A DNA stretch of 64,000 bases from a virus: positions 41,102 through 105,101 of IMG/VR virus record IMGVR_UViG_3300012348_000111. One strand, given 5' to 3'. The notes beneath the pieces are model-generated. The model was not told where the DNA came from and did no database searches. It saw nothing but the letters and a program-made list of their open reading frames with translations. Positions 58,401-64,000 of this stretch are shown here, one piece after another. The translations under genes and the position numbers were made by a program. Positions within the stretch are counted from its first letter, which is position 1; each line of letters starts with the position of its first letter.

Positions 58401-59810
58401 TCTTTCAGTAGCAATGTTTGAGGCACTAAATTTTAAATTACCTAGGCTTACTACTGCTAAATCTACTGATCCGTATAAATAAGCATTCCCAGAGTTAATA
58501 ACCCCATAAGCAGCACGAGTACTTCCCCACATTCCAAACTCATAAGAGTTTCCTAAATCATTATATGCTATATAACTTGAAGCACCACTGTTTGTTGTAG
58601 ATTTTACTCCGATATAGGTTACATTTGTCCCCTCTACATATAATTTTACTAAAGGCGATGTGCTTCCAATACCAACTCTACCATTTACCGTATCAGTATA
58701 AATAAGATTTGTTGCGACAGTCAACCCACCTACAGTAATAGCATTTGTAGTAGTATTTCCTGCTGTAGTAACTTGAGCTAAAGTAGGAACAGTAGTTAAG
58801 AAGTTAGGAGTCCAGTTCTCCCACTTATTAGTGTTGTATCTTAAAAGTTGACCTGTAGTTGGTGAGGTAATAAGTACGTTGTGTAACTCATCTAACTCGT
58901 AGCCATTATCGACCTTTACAAATATCTTACCGTGATTAGCATGGGCATATACAACATATCCCATAACTACTGTATGGTTAGGTGCTTGCGGCTTTACCTT
59001 GGTAAGACCTCCAGGAGTGGTAGGGCTTAGAAATAAAACATCTCCATCTACCCAAGTCTCCCCTTGTAAGGACCCTGTTGTGTTAATTTCGTTTACGTTA
59101 CCAAATACAGTTATAAAACCTTCTTGGTTATTGTTTATGTTTTCAGTAACTATACCTAAAGTAGTCACAGAGTCTGGATCATTATCTCCTTGAGCTAATA
59201 CTACAGCAAGTCTTTGCCCCTGAGCACCTCCTTCTGATGCAATACGAACTCTAACTACTTTATAATCAGACTCTAACAAGTTAGCTCCTGTCTTATTTAC
59301 AACACGAGCAACCGTTTCTTGTCCTACTTGAAGAGTAACATTGCCTCCCTTTAATCTTAAATCGGCAGTTCCGTCTATGTCATTCCAAGCAAACATGCCT
59401 GGCTGAAGTACAGGAGTAGCCAGCGTATCAAGTAAAAAGTAGTCAGATTTTACTCCTCCTACGTCAATAGTATTGGTTGTTGTGTTTCCTAGATCCGTTA
59501 CTTGGTCTAATGTACCAACACCTCCTCCACCTCCTACTGCTTTCCACGTACCGTCATCAGCTAGGTAAAGGTTCCCTGCCCCAGTAGCTCCAGTTCCCAA
59601 ACGGTCTGGGTCAATAACACCCTCAGAAATAAACCCAGCATGAAACTTACGCCAAGCAACAGGACCATTTACATCATAAGGAGTAGACATAAAGTATCCA
59701 GCAGGAAAATATGAAGCTGATCTAAGACCAACTACCTCTACTGGAGGAGTAAGTGTTCTAAGAACACCATAGTCATATAATTCTTGTTCTGTAAGTGGAT
59801 TATTTGGCAT
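55389..59810 (-). CDS. Long modular tail fibre/receptor-binding protein
   Basis: Repeated GxxGIGTxxP..LHV.G knobs, three TLxxVTxxGNxTTN repeats, and N.A.G..AL repeats. Confidence 0.85.
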   Translation of the reverse strand: MPNNPLTEQELYDYGVLRTLTPPVEVVGLRSASYFPAGYFMSTPYDVNGPVAWRKFHAGFISEGVIDPDRLGTGATGAGNLYLADDGTWKAVGGGGGVGTLDQVTDLGNTTTNTIDVGGVKSDYFLLDTLATPVLQPGMFAWNDIDGTADLRLKGGNVTLQVGQETVARVVNKTGANLLESDYKVVRVRIASEGGAQGQRLAVVLAQGDNDPDSVTTLGIVTENINNNQEGFITVFGNVNEINTTGSLQGETWVDGDVLFLSPTTPGGLTKVKPQAPNHTVVMGYVVYAHANHGKIFVKVDNGYELDELHNVLITSPTTGQLLRYNTNKWENWTPNFLTTVPTLAQVTTAGNTTTNAITVGGLTVATNLIYTDTVNGRVGIGSTSPLVKLYVEGTNVTYIGVKSTTNSGASSYIAYNDLGNSYEFGMWGSTRAAYGVINSGNAYLYGSVDLAVVSLGNLKFSASNIATERMRIVSASGNVLINTTTDAGYKLDVNGTARVSGNLTVDTDTLYVDAANDRVGIGTTTFPTITGTLKLFVDGSGSGSNGRTFFAVRNTSSSSAANFSLINSAGKLLNAQISGPSYTTGEQAGFFTQGAIPLYFMTDGGVLSGGTSRILFYAGGYGVSPTMTITPGNTGNVLIGTTTDTGHKLRVQGTVSAVLTNATHTSQVYYNTTTGELTYGALPTPATPTLDAVTTAGNSTTNSITVGLSSIDTLTVGRGPGAVASNTILGFQALNNNIAGSDNVAVGYYALFSNTTGRGVAIGRDTLYSNTTGRHNIGIGESALYSNTTGWDNMGIGRQTLLSAVNGFNNVAVGNYALSGLINGNYNVAIGTQSLQNTTGSDNIAIGELAGQNNLSGSNNIFIGKGTNGVNTSESNRTWIGNSSTTSTWLAGNVLVGTTTDAGYKLQVNGTFNARNPTIFSESTADNVLATTWRYSDIDSYRLILKQTVTSGVVRWNFSQVNNGTAYNDILVFDRGLVGIGTTNPNLGKLHVEGTVYSTRFELQQGSDLASGVAGLRVLDPFGGMYQYNNSGGYTGHFTSYHIRNTSAATMFYATSSAFGIGTQTPAYRLHVSGGNVMINNGGGGNIYGFDEYHYIKLRDGGDWITLGDYGGIRFYTGNNSTTLTEKVQIAPNGNVGIGTTSPSYRLHLVGGSGYITGGLGANNSSPYSSANRLIFDNDYNDSSRGPNKITLFDSSWLAGFGVQNGAVTYYSGDNHRWYQATTATNAVHLMTLSGTGSLGIGTINPLEKLHISGANRMLIGDVVSPAADAHTRLIIHTTTNQANIVLDPRPTAGDPYYRIKIGVNVDSNGSFFIEQDGGKQFEFFGGGGSTKLTSTVTMGHKTPSFPAVEAYGLHMHSPYNWSSLVRFTHDSYGMTSTDGAMVGILRSDGFVTWMYEDAPMMFGTNNIERMRITNTGDVGIGTITPTSRLHVEGVVSAQAFKAAGQLGLTIDIPTGAGQTLHFEGGILTNVS

Positions 59811-59823
59811 ACCTTATTTATAA

Positions 59824-59908
59824 CAAAGATAGCATTTTAACGAAAAAAGTAAAGAAAAACATAAACCCAAACTTAACTTGATCTTTAAGGAAGGGAGTTG
59901 TATCTTTG
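59824..59908. promoter_or_regulatory. Divergent promoter pair
   Basis: TATCTTTG on minus (59824-59831) and TTG-N20-TATCTTTG on plus (59878-59908). Confidence 0.65.
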
Positions 59909-59946
59909 ACTCTAATTCCTACTACTACGATTTAAACAAAGAATAA

Positions 59947-60348
59947 ATGAAAATATACTTAGATGATGTAAGAACACCTATTGATCCAGATTGGATAGTA
60001 GTAAGAAACTATGATGAGTTTATTGAGAAGATTGAAGAGCTAGGATTAGAAAACATAGATCTAATTTCTCTAGACCATGACTTAGGAGATAGTGCTATGA
60101 AAGAATGGCATAACAACGTAGCACATAACTACACTCTAGACTATAACAACATAACTGAAAAAACAGGAATGGATTGCACAAAGTGGTTAGTAGAACAATG
60201 GATAAATGGTAAACCAATATGTAACGTAATGGTTCACTCAGCAAACGCAATAGGAAGTGCAAACATGATGGGATACATAAACAACTATAGACATCTAAAC
60301 AGATTACCACAAAACTGTGAAAGATGGATAGTACCCTTCACAACATAG
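59947..60348 (+). CDS. Cyclic-phosphate-processing receiver-like (cREC) domain protein
   Basis: IYLDDVR.P...ISLDHDLG...TG.D...W...VHSAN..G motifs; own promoter TATCTTTG 59901-59908. Confidence 0.75.
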   Translation: MKIYLDDVRTPIDPDWIVVRNYDEFIEKIEELGLENIDLISLDHDLGDSAMKEWHNNVAHNYTLDYNNITEKTGMDCTKWLVEQWINGKPICNVMVHSANAIGSANMMGYINNYRHLNRLPQNCERWIVPFTT

Positions 60349-60568
60349 AGTAAAACCAATTTTAAAAAATTTTTTCTACCCCCACCCCCTTTCTACCAGA
60401 TTGGGGGTTTTTTTTTTTATTTTATAACCCCCCCCCTTTTTTTTTTATTTTTTGGGACTTTTTATATTTATAAAAATGTTGGTATCACCACATTCAACCT
60501 CCCCTTATGCCTTCGGCACATCGGTTATCCCCCTATTAGGATATCCGAGCATAAACAGACATACAGAT

Positions 60569-60931
60569 ATGAGTACTACAATAAAACAGTTTTCATTTTC
60601 CACTGCGGAAAAGAAAATCGAGCGCACATTCTTCGTAGAAGGTAAAGTAACATTTGCTCAAGACTACGAGACATCCAATGGACTCAAGGGCATTGCTTTC
60701 GAAATAGAGGGTATTCCCTATAAATTGCGAGTCCTTAATGGTTCCATTAAAGGCGGTACTAATGCTTCGCACTTTATTGGTTGCGTCGTTAAATTCACAG
60801 GTGTTGACCGTGAATACGAGGGCAAAAACTACTTCAGCCCAAAGGATGCAACGACTACTGTAGAATCACCTATTGCGATGTTGGCTAAAACATCCAAGAA
60901 CGGTGTTGCTTACGCAGGGTCTCTTATCTAA
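60569..60931 (+). CDS. Hypothetical early protein (120 aa)
   Basis: Start MSTTIK after the ACAGAT leader shared with other early genes; beta-rich. Confidence 0.7.
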   Translation: MSTTIKQFSFSTAEKKIERTFFVEGKVTFAQDYETSNGLKGIAFEIEGIPYKLRVLNGSIKGGTNASHFIGCVVKFTGVDREYEGKNYFSPKDATTTVESPIAMLAKTSKNGVAYAGSLI

Positions 60932-61187
60932 GAGAGACTCTGTTGCCTATTTTGTTGCAGGATTGTTTGCTTGTTAGCAGACTCTCCTGTAACAGGATTG
61001 GGGAGTTAACAATTTATTGTGCAATTCATGCAAATATTTGTTAATTTTTCTATAAAATAGGCAATACTAAAGAAATCTATAACTGTTTTTAGTAAATAAA
61101 AGTGTTTTCTCGGTAATTTTCGAGACCAAATACTGTTTTACTAACAAACACTAAAGAAAACTTTAGTCTTTTTGTGTATTTATATGG

Positions 61188-61218
61188 GTTAAAAAGTGTT
61201 AAAAAGTGTTAAAAAGTG
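61188..61218. repeat. Tandem repeat (GTTAAAAAGT)x3
   Basis: Three perfect 10-bp copies read directly. Confidence 0.9.
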
Positions 61219-61299
61219 GGAATTTTACCCTCTTTTATCTTTATCAACTCATTAAAAATCACCAATTAGAAAAAATCAAAGCGATAATATAGCTAATTA

Positions 61300-61346
61300 A
61301 CTCTTCTGTGAGAGTATAAACAGCCATTTAGGCACAGAGCGTTACT
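61300..61346 (+). ncRNA. Pistol-ribozyme-like motif (5' portion)
   Basis: P1 ACTCT/AGAGT; loop TCTGTG pairing with CACAGA; ATAAACA linker, TTAGG and GCG, in pistol order. 3' substrate strand not convincingly found. Confidence 0.55.
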
Positions 61347-61442
61347 ATTAAAGTTACAGGTATATGTCGTAGAACTATACAATATTCTTTAAAGAATAAT
61401 AAACAAAGACAAAGACATCCATTTATTTGGAAGTATTTATAA
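61347..61442 (+). pseudogene. Remnant resembling a homing endonuclease NUMOD1/HTH C-terminus
   Basis: Frame reads IKVTGICRRTIQYSLKNNKQRQRHPFIWKYL* with no ATG start. Confidence 0.4.
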
Positions 61443-61449
61443 AAATATT

Positions 61450-61738
61450 CATTCTGCGTAACCTACTTTACAAGGGTAGGCAATCTTCTAACTATATCAG
61501 TTATTATAAGAAGCGAAGCTTCACGAGTAGTATACTAAAGAGTACCCTGGTGGGAATGGTATACACATTATTATAATGTGGATAGTCTATATCATATGGA
61601 TATAGTAGTTAGGAGATTGAACGCAGAGTGGAGTTAACAAGGGTCGCAACCTTGGGGTATGGTTGAGAGCTAATAAGATGATATAGTGTCCATTTATGGA
61701 AGATACAACTCTTGTTAGGTAAAACTCTCAACCAATAC
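61450..61738 (+). ncRNA. Large structured RNA or leader upstream of the uS10-like gene
   Basis: CATTCTGCGT/ACGCAGAGTG (10 bp), CAATCTTCTAACTA/TAGTTAGGAGATTG (14 bp), TGGTTGAGAG/CTCTCAACCA. G-U pairs favour the + strand. Confidence 0.6.
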
Positions 61739-61752
61739 TTTATAAATAGACT

Positions 61753-62019
61753 ATGAAGTATTTGAAATTTATACTCGAAAGTAACTCTAATAAGGAATTA
61801 GATTTACTAAGCAGAAAGATAGTAAAAATCGCTAAAGAAACAGGTGCTGTAAAAGCAGGACCTATTCCTTCTAAAGGTAAGCGAATTATCTTTGTGTACA
61901 ATCCTAACATTGGTACTATTAATAGACTTCTTTTATTAAAATTAAGTAAGAAGGTCTCTACTAATGTAACAGAGTTAGAAAGAAAGTTTGATGAACAGTT
62001 CTATTTAGATTGGAACTAA
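61753..62019 (+). CDS. rpsJ: Ribosomal protein uS10/NusE homologue lacking the ribosome-binding loop
   Basis: LD..SRKIVKIAKETGAVKAGPIP and KRIIFVYNPNIGTINRLLLLKL align with S10 KIVKT.K.TGA.V.GPIP and KRLIDI...T...T.DALM.L.L. The intervening loop is replaced by SKG. Confidence 0.75.
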   Translation: MKYLKFILESNSNKELDLLSRKIVKIAKETGAVKAGPIPSKGKRIIFVYNPNIGTINRLLLLKLSKKVSTNVTELERKFDEQFYLDWN

Positions 62020-62080
62020 TCCTACACCTAAGCCAAGTGTATAAACTGGCTTTTTTAAATTGAACTAATTAAATACAGAT

Positions 62081-62332
62081 ATGAATACAGTTTATTGGAC
62101 TACTAAAGACGGAAGAGTTATGGACGTAGATTCTATGTCAGATACTCATGTACGCAATGCTTTTAAAATGCTTCTTAGAAACATTGAAAGACTTTCTAAA
62201 AAGCCAAAACCTTTAAGCAAGTTTACTCTTGCAGGAGATATGGCTCAAGAGTTTAACGATACCTACTTTGCAGATGAGAATGATGAAAAGCTTGACGAAG
62301 TATGGGGAAATCCTATTTTTTTTAACCATTAA
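62081..62332 (+). CDS. Hypothetical early protein
   Basis: WTTKDG....VDSMSDTHVRN motif; ACAGATATG leader. Confidence 0.7.
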   Translation: MNTVYWTTKDGRVMDVDSMSDTHVRNAFKMLLRNIERLSKKPKPLSKFTLAGDMAQEFNDTYFADENDEKLDEVWGNPIFFNH

Positions 62333-62347
62333 TTTAATTAAACAGAT

Positions 62348-62656
62348 ATGGAAAGTATGAAAACAACATTTAAGAAACTACTTAGTAATCTAATAGTAGG
62401 TAAACAAGTCTTAATACATAAGTACCATTCTAATTCATTTAATCATACTGTATACTCTTCTCTTCGGGAAGAAAAACAAGTATTAGACTATTCTTATCAA
62501 GGTAGTGAGTATGCGACTATTGTAGGGGTAGGTTTAGGTATGGGAGATGTGGAACAAATAGTATTAGACTTAGATGAAAACTCTCCAGTTGAATGGATAA
62601 GTTCTTACTTTGAAGATGTAATAGAGTTTAAAAAGGAGGACACTACTTGTTTTTAA
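62348..62656 (+). CDS. Hypothetical early protein
   Basis: ORF with ACAGATATG leader. Confidence 0.65.
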   Translation: MESMKTTFKKLLSNLIVGKQVLIHKYHSNSFNHTVYSSLREEKQVLDYSYQGSEYATIVGVGLGMGDVEQIVLDLDENSPVEWISSYFEDVIEFKKEDTTCF

Positions 62657-62676
62657 ATTAAACTAATTAAACAGAT

Positions 62677-62883
62677 ATGAATAAAACTAAAATTATGGTA
62701 GCAGTAATCGGAATGTTTATTGTTACATGGATCTTCTTTGGTCTTGGATGTATGGCACTATCAGGTTATGATACTCTTAGAGATGCTATGATGAATGGAC
62801 TTGTTCTTTTCTTTATGGTTGTTCTTGGTTGGATACCATCTCTTATTGTTGGTATTGATTTAAATGAAAAACTTAATAACTAA
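62677..62883 (+). CDS. Small two-TM membrane protein
   Basis: Two hydrophobic segments; ACAGATATG leader. Confidence 0.7.
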   Translation: MNKTKIMVAVIGMFIVTWIFFGLGCMALSGYDTLRDAMMNGLVLFFMVVLGWIPSLIVGIDLNEKLNN

Positions 62884-62886
62884 GAT

Positions 62887-63021
62887 ATGTCAAAGCATTT
62901 AAAGATTTCAGGAAGACCAATTCCAAGAGGATTCATTAGAGGTAGACTATACCAAGATGGTATTCTTGTGGCTCTTGTTATGAAAGAAGGATCACAACTT
63001 AAGACGCACTATTTAAGATGA
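62887..63021 (+). CDS. Small hypothetical protein (44 aa)
   Basis: MSKHLKISGRPIPRGFIRGRLYQDG...; ATGA overlap with the next gene. Confidence 0.55.
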   Translation: MSKHLKISGRPIPRGFIRGRLYQDGILVALVMKEGSQLKTHYLR

Positions 63022-63365
63022 GGCGTTTATTATTGCTATTTATTAGTTTGGGCTTTATTTACAACAGTAAAGCCCAAATTAACTCTTGTATTGACACCTA
63101 CGATATAGGATCTAATATTGATTTAACTCTAGAAGATTATAAAGTACTTAATTATCTAGATAGTGAACTTACAGTATTAGATTTTTATGTCGAGGAGTGT
63201 TATGTATTTAAAATGCCTTGTGAGTTAGTCGTTACTTACAGGGTTTATGATGGTGTAGAAAGAACTTATATAATTATGGACAATAAGCCTGTGGCTTTGT
63301 TTGAAACAAAAGATAATAAGTTAACTACAATTTACGACAACAGAAAAAAACTAAATAAAAACTAA
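63018..63365 (+). CDS. Secreted/periplasmic hypothetical protein
   Basis: MRRLLLLFISLGFIYNSKA-Q signal peptide with the +1 Gln typical of Bacteroidota. Confidence 0.65.
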   Translation: MRRLLLLFISLGFIYNSKAQINSCIDTYDIGSNIDLTLEDYKVLNYLDSELTVLDFYVEECYVFKMPCELVVTYRVYDGVERTYIIMDNKPVALFETKDNKLTTIYDNRKKLNKN

Positions 63366-63372
63366 AAAAAAC

Positions 63373-63957
63373 ATGGAAAACAATTTAAAACCAGCAACAG
63401 TAGCAGTAGCTTTTCGTAACAACGGTAAAGTAGCTCCAATCACAGTAAGATTTACTCAAGATAAAGATAATCTTGCTGCTGATTTACATTCAAGAATGAT
63501 TCTCCGCTCTATTGGCATTAATTCTAAAACAACTCAATCTGTATTGATGAGTTATACAGAAGATATGTTTAATGAAGATTTTGCGGAATTTGGTATCACA
63601 GCAGATATGATAGTTAATAGTTACCGTGACTCTGATGGTGTTATCACTGCTCACGAAATCAATCTATCTACAGAGAAAGTTTATGGTCAACCATTATACA
63701 TTGCCCGTTATGAAACTACCAATACTTTGGAAGCTACTAACGAAGATGGCTCTGTTAAAGCTGGTTGGTCTATTAAACAAGTAAATGGACAAGAGTTAAC
63801 TCATGAAGGTGCTCTTATCTATTCTACTTTTGTGTTCACTGAAGATGGTGTAGACCAAAAACTTCAACATGATCAGAATCTTTCAAAAAAGAAAGCAACT
63901 GACATTGAAGAGAATCAGCCTGCTAAGAAGAAAGAAGCAGTAAAAGATCCTTTCTAA
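63373..63957 (+). CDS. Hypothetical early protein with C-terminal DPF
   Basis: 194 aa; LTHEGALIY; flexible tail ending KDPF. Confidence 0.7.
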   Translation: MENNLKPATVAVAFRNNGKVAPITVRFTQDKDNLAADLHSRMILRSIGINSKTTQSVLMSYTEDMFNEDFAEFGITADMIVNSYRDSDGVITAHEINLSTEKVYGQPLYIARYETTNTLEATNEDGSVKAGWSIKQVNGQELTHEGALIYSTFVFTEDGVDQKLQHDQNLSKKKATDIEENQPAKKKEAVKDPF

Positions 63958-64000
63958 TCCAACTGACCTAAGCATGTCATAAAACTGCTTATTTGGCCCT

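Noticed and set aside
939-59193. Short plus-strand ORFs in the track opposite late genes (e.g. 939-1196, 9682-9909, 14410-14673, 42452-42781, 57028-57312)
   Set aside because: Antisense shadows of long real genes, Ser/Leu-rich, with no motifs.
60095-60310. Cys-rich minus-strand 71-aa ORF
   Set aside because: Antisense to the well-supported receiver-domain gene.
60452-60568. N-terminal extension of the 159-aa track ORF
   Set aside because: The TTG start lies in homopolymer sequence; ATG 60569 carries the shared early leader.
61188-61218. CRISPR array
   Set aside because: Only three abutting 10-mers with no spacers.
1-64000. Stop-codon reassignment, known in some Crassvirales
   Set aside because: ORFs are long and tile densely under the standard code; genes end mostly in TAA.

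Overview
This AT-rich window is part of a crAss-like (Crassvirales) podovirus genome read with the standard genetic code. The host is probably Bacteroidota, since TTG-N19/20-TAnnTTTG promoters precede many late genes. Positions 1-59810 are a minus-strand late/virion region. In transcription order it holds tail fibres, holin and amidase, the TerL/portal/scaffold/major capsid block, ring, hub and muzzle tail proteins, cargo proteins and a 4245-aa virion RNA polymerase (GSDYDIDK). It ends in a GNAT, an ART and a zincin protein separated by two GIY-YIG endonucleases. Positions 59947-64000 are a plus-strand putative early region. Most notable observations: (1) a 3'-UTR stem-loop at 33340-33400 whose loop is complementary to the start regions of six apparently non-virion late genes, a candidate trans-acting phage sRNA regulon; (2) a phage uS10/NusE homologue naturally lacking the ribosome-binding loop, placed behind a pistol-ribozyme-like motif and a large structured RNA; (3) a run of virion-cargo proteins whose cysteines lie almost only at the termini, with homing endonucleases at equivalent junctions; (4) a ~300-nt structured ncRNA with its own promoter and terminator at 49400-49710. 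All assignments were made by eye; no searches or folding programs were run.
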